A DNA stretch of 63,915 nucleotides, the filler included, from Candidatus Woesearchaeota archaeon (GTDB taxonomy: Archaea; Nanobdellota; Nanobdellia; Woesearchaeales; JACPBO01), in the NCBI GenBank assembly GCA_016180285.1. It is 5 parts of 5 records of this genome, joined end to end, with 100 filler letters (N's around TTAATTAATTAA, not from the genome) between each part and the next. Parts side by side here need not be neighbours in the genome. Positions count along the whole stretch, not along the records: positions 1 to 18,282 come from JACPBO010000045.1; 4 more parts are not named here. One strand, given 5' to 3'. Position 1 is the stretch's first letter; each line of letters starts with the position of its first letter. Shown here piece by piece: positions 8,912 to 17,738 of this stretch. The notes under the pieces are model-generated. The model worked only from the letters and a program-made list of their open reading frames with translations. It ran no database searches and was not told the DNA's origin. Position numbers and translations under genes: made by a program.

Positions 8912-9916
8912 CTAAACAAGCATCTCTCCAACACTCAAGATGTTGGCTTTTTTACAATACTGCTTTATGTCTCTAGATAAGCAAAGAGGATTTCCTTTAG
9001 ACTGCGTATAATTTCTGGTTTTCTTCCAAATATCACGAACAGATGTATTTGTAATGCTTCCTAAATTTGTATCAACCATCGCTGGACACGCATGCGCATT
9101 TCCATTAGTATCGATAGTGATGCCATTATTTAGCATTATACATTGCCCGCTTCTTGTTGGCGAACTAAGTCCTGCTACAAGTGTATCAGTATACATATTT
9201 GCAGTTCTAATTAATTCTATTAGATTCTCCTGAGCACCCGCATACGAATCCCAAACACTTTTTGCTCTGCCCTTGTTTATTGGATAATTGCAGATGAAGA
9301 ATGCATCATCTCCGCAAAATTCCCTTATCTTCGGAATTTCTCCTTTATTGTGCTGGTTAATAATTGTGATTACTCCCCATCTTGTCTCAATTAAACCATT
9401 TTCTCTTACTCTATTACCTGCTTTATATATCTCTCTAACATTTTTAAGATTCTTCATTACTCTATCAAAGCCCCTAAATCCAGTCAATTTTAGATACGTT
9501 TCAGGATTTAATGCGTCAAGACTTGTAATTAAAGTCACGTTCTTATTGAACAATTCATTTACTGTCTCCTGATTAAGAAGACTGCCATTGGTGTATAGGA
9601 TTGATATCAATCCTGCTGCATCAGCATGATCTATTAACTGCATTGTCAGATCTCTATTTGTTAACGGCTCCCCTTCACCAGGAATACAAAAAACTTTTGC
9701 GCCCAAATCTCTTGCTTGTGAAATAACATCCAATCTTGTGTCCAGATTAACACTATCAAAAGACTTATTGTCATCTCTGTAACATTTAGAACAGCTATAA
9801 TTACAGCCAAACGGCAAGTTCATAGCCACATAAGATAATTCATCTTCTTTTATTTGTCCATCTACTTCAAGTTGGTTCGGATTTCCTACCAGTAATTTTT
9901 TTGTTTTAGTTTCCAT
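8912..9916 (-). CDS. Radical SAM protein with SPASM/Twitch-like C-terminus
   Basis: CNYSCSKC, GEGEPL, YTNG, SLD; C-terminal C...ITIDTNGNAHACP...LGSI...C. Confidence 0.88.
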   Translation of the reverse strand: METKTKKLLVGNPNQLEVDGQIKEDELSYVAMNLPFGCNYSCSKCYRDDNKSFDSVNLDTRLDVISQARDLGAKVFCIPGEGEPLTNRDLTMQLIDHADAAGLISILYTNGSLLNQETVNELFNKNVTLITSLDALNPETYLKLTGFRGFDRVMKNLKNVREIYKAGNRVRENGLIETRWGVITIINQHNKGEIPKIREFCGDDAFFICNYPINKGRAKSVWDSYAGAQENLIELIRTANMYTDTLVAGLSSPTRSGQCIMLNNGITIDTNGNAHACPAMVDTNLGSITNTSVRDIWKKTRNYTQSKGNPLCLSRDIKQYCKKANILSVGEMLV

Positions 9917-9975
9917 TTTAGTTTCCTTCTTCAATTGTTATTACTAAATAGTAACTTTTAACGTATATATAAATG

Positions 9976-10001
9976 TTTGTTGTCGTTTTTCCGACAGCAA
10001 A
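9976..10001. promoter_or_regulatory. 26-bp palindrome between divergent TATA boxes; candidate TrmB operator
   Basis: TTTGTTGTCG-tttttc-CGACAGCAAA between TTTATATA boxes on opposite strands. Confidence 0.6.
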
Positions 10002-10038
10002 GATAAGATTTATATATGAGTTAGCAATTAGTTATGTT

Positions 10039-11208
10039 ATGGACACAGCAGCTGTATTAAGTGAATTGGGACTTTCTGACGGTGAAGTAAAGGTCTACTT
10101 AGCCTTGCTTAAACTAGGCTCTGCGCCTGTTAACAAGCTAAAAGAAGAAACAAAGATGCACAGGACAACCATATATGACTTTATTGAGAAGCTTATAAAC
10201 AAGGGCTTAGTAAGCTATGTTATAAAAGCAGGGGTTAACTATTACACTGCAACAAGCCCAGACAGGCTTATGGATTTCTTAAAGGAAAAAGAAGGCCATT
10301 TATCGCAAATAATGCCTCAGCTGAAAAAGCTTTCAGAATTCCACAAAGAAGATTTAAAAGTAGAAATATTCAGAGGGTTAGAAGGGTATAAAACATTGTT
10401 TAATACAATAGTAAATACGGGCAAAGACCTCTATGGAATTGGCTTCGACGAGACAAAATATGAAGAGCATCTGCCTATTGCAATAAGGCAGTATTTCAGG
10501 AAATTAAAAGAAAAGAACATAAAAGAGTTCATTATTGAAAAAGAAGGCATCAATTTCTTTTACGATAAAAATATAGCCAAAACTACAACATATAAATTCA
10601 TGCCAGAAGAATATTTTGGCCCAAATCCATTAATGGTTTTTGGCGAGTTTGTTGCAATACATAACTGGAATCCAATGTCCGTCATATTGATGAAAAACAG
10701 GGATCTTGCAAAATCATATAAGGCTCATTTTGACCTTCTATGGAATAATCCAGTCAGGATTTACAGAGGAAACAAATATATCACGAAAGTATTTGATGAT
10801 ATTGTTGATGCTTCAATAAAATCAGGAGCATATTTTTGCTTTGGGGCTTCAGCAACATCTAATTATCTGATTGATTATTTCAAAAGCCTTTGTAAAAGAC
10901 AGGTAGATGCGGGTGTTAAGGCAAGGATAATATTTGATGAAGAAGCAACAGAGCAGATGGACATATGCGTTGAGTATAAGCAAGAAGTAAGAACATTTCC
11001 CAAACAATACATAACGCCAACAGAGGTGAATATTGCAGGGGACAAGACAGTGATAGTGTTTTGGACAGAAAAAAAAGAGCCAATTGCATTTATAATAGAA
11101 GGAAAAGAAGTTGCAGACTCATTCAAAAAATATTTTGAATTGATGTGGAGCATAGCAAAGCCTTATAAAAATAAAAAACATTTAAATACGCCCATGAAAA
11201 TCCATTAA
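10039..11208 (+). CDS. TrmB-family regulator with two tandem effector-binding domains
   Basis: LSELGLSDGEVKVYLALLKLG wHTH; two modules each ending A.SY/FK..F.L.W. Confidence 0.88.
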   Translation: MDTAAVLSELGLSDGEVKVYLALLKLGSAPVNKLKEETKMHRTTIYDFIEKLINKGLVSYVIKAGVNYYTATSPDRLMDFLKEKEGHLSQIMPQLKKLSEFHKEDLKVEIFRGLEGYKTLFNTIVNTGKDLYGIGFDETKYEEHLPIAIRQYFRKLKEKNIKEFIIEKEGINFFYDKNIAKTTTYKFMPEEYFGPNPLMVFGEFVAIHNWNPMSVILMKNRDLAKSYKAHFDLLWNNPVRIYRGNKYITKVFDDIVDASIKSGAYFCFGASATSNYLIDYFKSLCKRQVDAGVKARIIFDEEATEQMDICVEYKQEVRTFPKQYITPTEVNIAGDKTVIVFWTEKKEPIAFIIEGKEVADSFKKYFELMWSIAKPYKNKKHLNTPMKIH

Positions 11209-11210
11209 CC

Positions 11211-12998
11211 ATGAAACAACTATCATCAAAAGACCTGAAAGAGCTGTATTTCAAGTTTTTCAAAGAGAAAGGCCATAAGCTAATAGCTTCTGCTTCCTTG
11301 ATCCCTGAGCATGATCCTACTGTCTTGTTCACAGCAGCTGGAATGCATCCTTTAGTTCCTTTTTTAATAGGCCAGCCGCATCCGCAGGGAAAAAGATTGG
11401 TAAATGTGCAGAAATGTTTGAGGACAGATGACATTGATGAAGTCGGAGATCCTTCTCATCTTACTTTCTTCGAGATGCTCGGAAACTGGTCATTAGGAGA
11501 TTACTGGAAAAAAGAAGCAATAGAATGGAGCTATGAATTCTTGACAGACAAAAAATGGCTCGGAATAGACCAAGAAAGAATATCAGTAACGTGCTTTAAG
11601 GGAGATAATGATGCGCCAAAAGACGAGGAATCTGCCAAAATCTGGCTCTCAGTTGGAATTCCTAAAGAAAGAATTTACTTTCTGCCTAAAAAAGACAATT
11701 GGTGGGGGCCTGCCGGCGAAACCGGTCCTTGCGGCCCTGACAGCGAGATGTTCTATGACACTGGAAAAGAAAAGTGCGGCAGCGAGTGCAAGCCAGGATG
11801 CTCCTGCGGGAAATATTTCGAAATATGGAATGATGTTTTTATGCAGTACAACAAGACAAAAGAGGGCAAGTTCGAGAAGCTGAAGCAGCAGAATGTTGAT
11901 ACTGGAATGGGCGTTGAAAGGACAGCTGCTGTTCTGCAGGGCAAGAAAACAGTTTATGAGATTGAGACCTTCAATCCTATAATTGGCAAAATAAAGGAAA
12001 TTGCTAAAATTAAAGAGCCAAATGAAGATCAGATGAAATCAATAAGGATCGTAACAGACCATATAAGGGCGGCAACTTTCATATTGGGTGATGAAAAGGC
12101 AATTGCTCCCTCAAATGTTGACCAGGGCTATATCTTGAGAAGGTTTATCAGGAGATCGATAAGGCACGGAAAGCTATTGGGCATTGAAAAGGAATTTCTG
12201 TCAGAATTGGCAAAAATAGCTGTTGAGCTGCACAAAAGCGATTATAAAGAACTGGAAAAAAATAAGGGGTTTATATTGGATGAGTTGAGAAAAGAAGATG
12301 AAAAATTCAGGAAAACTCTTGAAAATGGGCTGAAAGAATTCGAAAAAATAATCAAAAATAAAAAAGAGATTGGCGGCGAGAATGCCTTCTTGCTGTTCCA
12401 GAGCTTTGGCTTTCCTATTGAAATCACAGCTGAGCTGGCTAAAGAAAAAAATGTCAGCGTTGATGTAACCGGATTCAACAAAGAATTTGAGAAGCACCAG
12501 GAATTGAGCAGGATTGGGGCTGAGAAGAAATTCAAAGGAGGGCTGGCAGATTCTTCAGAAGAAACAACGAAGCTGCATACAGCAACGCACATGCTTAATC
12601 AGGCATTAAGGGTTGTTTTGGGGAAAAAGGATATTTTCCAGAGAGGATCAAACATAACTCCGGAAAGATTAAGATTTGATTTTAATTTTGACAGGAAATT
12701 AACAGATGATGAACTGAAAAAAGTTGAAGAGTTGATCAATGAAAAAATAAAGGAAGCGCTGCCTGTTGAAAGAGAAGAGATGACTGTGGATGATGCAAAG
12801 AAAAAAGGAGCGCAGGGAGTGTTTGAGCACAAATACGGGGAAAAGGTATTTGTTTACTCCATCGGCGGTTTTTCTGTTGAGATCTGCGGCGGCCCTCATG
12901 TCAAGAATACCTCTGAATTGGGGCATTTCAAGATAACAAAGGAAGAAAGCTCTGCAGCGGGTGTAAGAAGGATAAAGGCGGTTTTGGCTAAAGCATAA
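11211..12998 (+). CDS. alaS: Alanine--tRNA ligase, compact form lacking the C-Ala domain
   Basis: DPTVLFTAAGMHPL, HLTFFEMLGNWS, GPCGPDSE, DTGMGVER; editing HTATH...CGGPH; ends just after AAGVRRIKAV. Confidence 0.96.
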   Translation: MKQLSSKDLKELYFKFFKEKGHKLIASASLIPEHDPTVLFTAAGMHPLVPFLIGQPHPQGKRLVNVQKCLRTDDIDEVGDPSHLTFFEMLGNWSLGDYWKKEAIEWSYEFLTDKKWLGIDQERISVTCFKGDNDAPKDEESAKIWLSVGIPKERIYFLPKKDNWWGPAGETGPCGPDSEMFYDTGKEKCGSECKPGCSCGKYFEIWNDVFMQYNKTKEGKFEKLKQQNVDTGMGVERTAAVLQGKKTVYEIETFNPIIGKIKEIAKIKEPNEDQMKSIRIVTDHIRAATFILGDEKAIAPSNVDQGYILRRFIRRSIRHGKLLGIEKEFLSELAKIAVELHKSDYKELEKNKGFILDELRKEDEKFRKTLENGLKEFEKIIKNKKEIGGENAFLLFQSFGFPIEITAELAKEKNVSVDVTGFNKEFEKHQELSRIGAEKKFKGGLADSSEETTKLHTATHMLNQALRVVLGKKDIFQRGSNITPERLRFDFNFDRKLTDDELKKVEELINEKIKEALPVEREEMTVDDAKKKGAQGVFEHKYGEKVFVYSIGGFSVEICGGPHVKNTSELGHFKITKEESSAAGVRRIKAVLAKA

Positions 12999-13045
12999 AT
13001 TTCTTCAATAACATTTATAAACAAAAAACCAATTCTTGTTCTTAT

Positions 13046-13164
13046 GGGCCTATAGCTCAGTCTGGATAGAGCGGCAGCCTTCTATCAACTGAGAAGCCAG
13101 CTGAAAACTTAGGGTTAAATCCTGAGTTGGTTTTAGGTCGGGGGTTCAAATCCTCCTAGGCCCG
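13046..13164 (+). tRNA. tRNA-Arg(TCT) with two introns (13085-13098 at 37/38; about 13105-13134 at 43/44)
   Basis: Acceptor GGGCCTA/TAGGCCC, D arm GCTC/GAGC, anticodon stem GCAGC + CT-TCT-A, T arm GGGGG-TTCAAAT-CCTCC; cloverleaf closes only after removing both inserts. Confidence 0.85.
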
Positions 13165-13165
13165 C

Positions 13166-13272
13166 GGGTCCGTGGTCGAATCCGGCAAGGCGTCTGCCTG
13201 CAGAGCGGAAGATTGTGGGTTCAAATTGGCTGAAGGTTCAAAACTTTGGCTTTGAAAGTCCCACCGGGCCCT
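13166..13272 (+). tRNA. tRNA-Cys(GCA) with 33-nt T-loop intron (13226-13258, position 59/60)
   Basis: Acceptor GGGTCCG/CGGGCCC + U73; TCTGC-CT-GCA-GA-GCGGA; GTGGG-TTCAAA[intron]T-CCCAC with BHB (TTCA/TGAA helix, AAT and AGT bulges). Confidence 0.88.
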
Positions 13273-13288
13273 TTTTATAATCAAAAAC

Positions 13289-14077
13289 ATGAAAACAATA
13301 AGAAAAATTCTGATAAAGAAGGAGAAAAAAGAGCATATTGCTGAATTAGACAGAGATGTTGTTATTTCAAAAGAAAAGACTTACTTTGTTGAGGATTTAA
13401 CCAAGGATTTTCACACAGCAGACGGAGTTATTTCAAAAGCTGACCTGAAAAAGAAAGACGGAAGCGAAATAGCAACAAACACAGGAAAGAAATTCTGCAT
13501 ATTTACGTCGGGCTTTATGGACGACTACAAAAGGATCGCAAGGGAAGCCCAGATAATATCTTTAAAGGACATTGCAGCAATAATCTCGAAGACAGGAATA
13601 AACAAGAATTCTGTTGTTGTTGATGCAGGAGCCGGATCAGGCGCATTGGCTTGTTTTTTAGCGCATATATGCAAGGAAGCCATAACTTATGATATAAGGG
13701 AAGATTTTTTAAAGATAGTCAAAAAAAATAAGGAATTCCTGGGATTGAATAATCTAAAAATAAAAAACAAGGATATTTATGAAGGCATTGACGAGAAAAA
13801 TGTTGATTTAATAACATTAGACCTGCCTTCGCCGTGGAATGCAATAAAGAGCTCTTATGAGGCGTTAAAGGTTGGCGGCTTTGTTGTTTCCTACTCGCCC
13901 TCAGTTCCGCAGATGATGGACTTTGTGAATGCAATCAATAAGGATGAAAGATTTATTCATGCAAAAACCATTGAAATAATCGAAAGGGAATGGGAAATCG
14001 ACGAAAGGAAAGTAAGGCCAAAGACAAAAGGCATCGGTCACACAGGATTTTTAAGCTTCTGCAGGAAGATAAAATGA
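13289..14077 (+). CDS. trmI: tRNA (adenine57/58-N1)-methyltransferase
   Basis: AQIISLKDIAAI, VVDAGAGSGAL, LDLPSPW, YSPSVPQ, RP...GHTGFL. Confidence 0.9.
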   Translation: MKTIRKILIKKEKKEHIAELDRDVVISKEKTYFVEDLTKDFHTADGVISKADLKKKDGSEIATNTGKKFCIFTSGFMDDYKRIAREAQIISLKDIAAIISKTGINKNSVVVDAGAGSGALACFLAHICKEAITYDIREDFLKIVKKNKEFLGLNNLKIKNKDIYEGIDEKNVDLITLDLPSPWNAIKSSYEALKVGGFVVSYSPSVPQMMDFVNAINKDERFIHAKTIEIIEREWEIDERKVRPKTKGIGHTGFLSFCRKIK

Positions 14078-14244
14078 TCAATGAACCGATTAAGCTGATG
14101 GCAATAGTTTTTTCAGTTGTGATTGTCATTAATCTCATTCTTTTTGTTTTTGGAGCAATAAGCACCTTTTACTTTTGGTTTATAATAATACTGTGCGCGT
14201 TTATAGCTTATCTTGTAATTCCTAAATTAAAGGAAATGAAATGA
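14074..14244 (+). CDS. Small membrane protein (2 TM)
   Basis: MINEPIKLMAIVFSVV...; ATGA overlap with trmI stop. Confidence 0.65.
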   Translation: MINEPIKLMAIVFSVVIVINLILFVFGAISTFYFWFIIILCAFIAYLVIPKLKEMK

Positions 14245-14709
14245 TAAAAGAAGAAAAATCAGAAAATAGGGGCAAAAGGTTTTTATGGTACTAAATAAGC
14301 CTGTTAAATGAGGTGTGATATGTTTGGTTTAACTCGATGGGAAAAATTCAGAAGTCATGTAAGCTTTTCACGATTACCCTTGAATAGAGAACAACTACGC
14401 ACAGTTTTTCACTTCATACAGTATTTTAAAATAACAAGCAAAAGACAATTAATAGAAGAGTTAAAAAAACCAATAGGGAGGTCAATTGATATTGGGGATC
14501 CGCCCAACGAGCCTTATGATAAACCCAGATGGGATTATTATAGATTCATAGTCAATGTTGTTGAAAAACATTTACCAGAAGTTAATTGATATTGAAACCA
14601 AACCCCTTTTTATTTGAAATCCGCAACTCAAATCAATTATAACATGCATGATATTGCTATTATTTTGGTTTATAATAATACTTTGCGCGTTTATAGCTTA
14701 TCTTGTAAT
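14173..14709 (+). repeat. 47-bp direct repeat (14173-14219 and 14663-14709, one mismatch)
   Basis: TTTTGGTTTATAATAATACT(G/T)TGCGCGTTTATAGCTTATCTTGTAAT occurs twice, 490 bp apart. Confidence 0.9.
14308..14589 (+). CDS. Hypothetical protein between the direct repeats
   Basis: 93-aa ORF; GAGGTG RBS suggests start at MFGL (14320). Confidence 0.55.
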   Translation: MRCDMFGLTRWEKFRSHVSFSRLPLNREQLRTVFHFIQYFKITSKRQLIEELKKPIGRSIDIGDPPNEPYDKPRWDYYRFIVNVVEKHLPEVN

Positions 14710-14811
14710 CCCCAAGCTTAAACAACACTTGAAATAGGTATGGTATAAATACCATATTCGTATGGTAATTAAACCGAAAACTTTAAATAGAGGCATAATT
14801 TTCCTGTTCTC

Positions 14812-15477
14812 ATGGTGAGAAAAAATGCTAGCCGACCAAGCATGCTGAGCCTTAAGGCAGTTCATAATCTGTTTATAAATAAAAAAGGCATCACTATCAA
14901 AGATTTGGCCAAGAATATAAAAACAGACTATAAGAATGTTCATGATTCTGTAAGTACGCTATTCAAAGAGGGAATAATAAAAAAAGAAAAAATAGGGAAT
15001 TACAATATTTGCAAACTTAATTACTCTAACGACGAACTTATTGAATACTTAAAGGAGTATAATTACTACATCGCATTAGGAGAATTTAGGAAAAAGCACT
15101 CAATAGAACATAACCTTATAATGGAGGCTGTTAGGCAGGCAATAGCAGAAAATTATATTGCTCACATCTTTGTTTGCCTTGTTTTTGGTTCTTATGCAAA
15201 AGGTGAAGAGAAAAAGGATTCTGATGTAGACATATTATTTATTACGGCTGATACAACAAGACTTAATAGTATAGGCTGTAAAAAATTCTTAGATGAACAA
15301 AATGCACCATATCAGAGGAGATTTCATGTTATTGAACAAAGTGTAACAGATTTCATGAAAGATTTGAAAGACAAAACAAAACTCAGCATAGCAACTGAAA
15401 TTTATAAAGAATCCCCGATAGTTTTTTATGGCGACGATATTTTATTTAGATTGATAACAGAGGCAAATAAAGCATGA
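14812..15477 (+). CDS. wHTH - minimal nucleotidyltransferase (MNT antitoxin-like)
   Basis: N-terminal HTH; VFGSYAKGEEKKDSDVDILFI. Confidence 0.85.
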   Translation: MVRKNASRPSMLSLKAVHNLFINKKGITIKDLAKNIKTDYKNVHDSVSTLFKEGIIKKEKIGNYNICKLNYSNDELIEYLKEYNYYIALGEFRKKHSIEHNLIMEAVRQAIAENYIAHIFVCLVFGSYAKGEEKKDSDVDILFITADTTRLNSIGCKKFLDEQNAPYQRRFHVIEQSVTDFMKDLKDKTKLSIATEIYKESPIVFYGDDILFRLITEANKA

Positions 15478-15620
15478 TAACCCTGAACAAAAATCAAATA
15501 GAAATTGAAGTTGCAAAAATACTCGATAATGCAGCGACCTTTGTCAGCAGATTGAAGGATATTGATAAAACACTAAGTAAAGAGCTGGTGCTGAGCAAAT
15601 TGAATAAAAAAACCTTATGA
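15474..15620 (+). pseudogene. Probable remnant of an internally deleted HEPN partner gene
   Basis: 48-aa ORF (MITLNKNQIEIEVAKILDNAATFVSRLKDI...) coupled by ATGA to the MNT gene; resembles the final HEPN helix. Confidence 0.4.
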
Positions 15621-15630
15621 AACGACCAAG

Positions 15631-16191
15631 ATGAAAGAAGAAATCCGCATTTTAGGAATTGATGATTCGCCTTTTGAGAAGTTCAAGAAAGGCAGCAACT
15701 TGGTTATTGGCGTTCTTTTCAGAGGCGGCAATTTTATGGATGGCGTTATGTCAACCAAGATAAAGGTTGACGGCGATGATTCAACTGGCAAATTGATTAA
15801 AATGATCAAAAAGTCTAAATTTAAATCACAGATAAGATGCATTGCCCTTAACGGAATTGCAATGGGCGGCTTCAATGTTGTTGATGTTAATGAACTGAAT
15901 AAAAGAACAAAAATTCCTGTTATTGTTATTATAAGGGATTATCCTGATTTCAAGAAAATATTTGCTGCCTTGAGAAAAATAAAAAGAGAAAGCAAAGTAA
16001 AACTGATAAAGAAAGCAGGCGATGTTGTTAAGATTGGAAAGATATATGTCCAGCTGGCTGGCTTAAATTTAGATAAAGCAAGACAGATCTTAAAAATAAG
16101 CTGCACCCATTCTTTTATCCCGGAGCCTTTGAGGGTAGCGCATTTGATCGCAGCAGGGATCGCAATGGGAGAAAGCAAGGGAAGAGCCTAG
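15631..16191 (+). CDS. DUF99 family (endonuclease V-like) protein
   Basis: RILGIDDSPF, VDGDDST, GIAMGGFNVVD, PEPLRVAHLIA. Confidence 0.9.
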   Translation: MKEEIRILGIDDSPFEKFKKGSNLVIGVLFRGGNFMDGVMSTKIKVDGDDSTGKLIKMIKKSKFKSQIRCIALNGIAMGGFNVVDVNELNKRTKIPVIVIIRDYPDFKKIFAALRKIKRESKVKLIKKAGDVVKIGKIYVQLAGLNLDKARQILKISCTHSFIPEPLRVAHLIAAGIAMGESKGRA

Positions 16192-17270
16192 ATAATTTTA
16201 GGAAAAACTCCTTCCGGCAGGAAATTATATTTATAGTCTTTTATGACCAGCAGAGGCTCATAGTCTTCGATAATGCTTGAAAACTTTCTTCTGAACTCCA
16301 TCATTATTTCATGCATGTGCATTGGATCCTTTACAATTAAAAATATCTGCGCTTCATATTTTCCCATCATCTTTGCGCCGTATGCAACAAAAGGGTGCAC
16401 AGACATGTAATTAAAAAATTCCTTCTCCTTTTCATCTGTCAGGTTAGCCAGATGAAAAAACACCGCATAAAGATGATATTTCAGATAAGTGAGATTTATA
16501 ATCGGGTTGAATGCTATTATTAACTTATTATTGACCATGCTCCTTATGCGATTGACTACAGTATCTCTCGGAATTCCAGTTTTATTTGCTATATCTGATA
16601 TCTGGGTGCAGGCATCTTTAGACAAAGCCTTTAATATTCTGGCATCTGTTAAATCGAGCTTTATCTGCTTTTCATAATCAAATTCGATTATTTCTTTTTT
16701 GATCTCCTTTGCGAATGCAATGCTTTTTCTTTCGAATTCAAACTTCAATCCAAGATTTTTGTAGAAATCATCCGGCAAATCAACATATTTGACCAGGTTA
16801 AATGCTGTCAGGCTTTCATAATCCTTTAAGCTTTTTCCGCAGGCTGATTTTATTTTCTGCATTATCCTGTCAAACTGCCTTATGTCTTTAGCTATGACTT
16901 CAAAAACAAAATGCCACCTGCCGCTGCACTTGCCGAACCATATTCCCAAAGGAAAAGCCGCAAAAAATTTAATTAATTCATTCTCCCGATCCTCAGACAG
17001 GTTTTCAAGCTTCAGCAATACAGTATGCAGATAATAGCCCGCTTTTGACGGGTTTGAGATGACAACGCTGCCCCTTATTATGCCTTTTTTCTCTAATTGT
17101 ATGATTCTGTATCTTACAGCATCTTTCGACAGCCCAACAATCCTCCCAATCTCGCTGGGGCTCAGCCTGGCATTTACAGCTAATGCCCCAAGTATCTTTT
17201 TATCTTTAAGATCTACTTTAACTTCTTTGCCATAGGCAGATTCAACAACCATGCCAATAAAATCAGCCAT
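16188..17270 (-). CDS. Tandem (double) Lrp/AsnC-family regulator
   Basis: Two HTH+RAM units (DLKDKKILGAL..NAR; LDLTDARILKALSKDA). Confidence 0.88.
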   Translation of the reverse strand: MADFIGMVVESAYGKEVKVDLKDKKILGALAVNARLSPSEIGRIVGLSKDAVRYRIIQLEKKGIIRGSVVISNPSKAGYYLHTVLLKLENLSEDRENELIKFFAAFPLGIWFGKCSGRWHFVFEVIAKDIRQFDRIMQKIKSACGKSLKDYESLTAFNLVKYVDLPDDFYKNLGLKFEFERKSIAFAKEIKKEIIEFDYEKQIKLDLTDARILKALSKDACTQISDIANKTGIPRDTVVNRIRSMVNNKLIIAFNPIINLTYLKYHLYAVFFHLANLTDEKEKEFFNYMSVHPFVAYGAKMMGKYEAQIFLIVKDPMHMHEIMMEFRRKFSSIIEDYEPLLVIKDYKYNFLPEGVFPKII

Positions 17271-17385
17271 TTTTAATCTAATTACATTTATTTTATTTAA
17301 ATCTTTCGTATTTAGCGTAAAAAATGGTAAAAAGTTTTATATAAATTTTATTACTTCTATTTAGTAGTCAAATCAAATAGCGAGG

Positions 17386-17730
17386 ATGATAAAAATGAAT
17401 GGCCAAATAATGAAAACAATCAAGGGGACTATGAGAGAATGTAATGGAGATTATTGGACTCCAATAGGCCTTAATATGTTTGGAGGATATCTGGTATCTG
17501 ATCTTGCTGCATTGGTTCCAGCAAGTTATGGACATGATGGCATTGCTAAAGGAGTGATTCTTGGAGGAATGTTGATAACTACCTTAAATTTTGTATCTGA
17601 AGGCATCAGAACAGGATATCAAATTTATAAAAGAAAAGAAACTGAAAAAAATAGCGAAAAGAAAGCTAGCGGACTTTCAGAAATTGTTCAGAATTGTCCT
17701 GTAAAGAAAAACAATGATGATGAAAAGTAG
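17386..17730 (+). CDS. Hypothetical membrane protein
   Basis: 114 aa, two moderately hydrophobic segments, charged tail. Confidence 0.55.
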   Translation: MIKMNGQIMKTIKGTMRECNGDYWTPIGLNMFGGYLVSDLAALVPASYGHDGIAKGVILGGMLITTLNFVSEGIRTGYQIYKRKETEKNSEKKASGLSEIVQNCPVKKNNDDEK

Positions 17731-17738
17731 GTCTTGCC

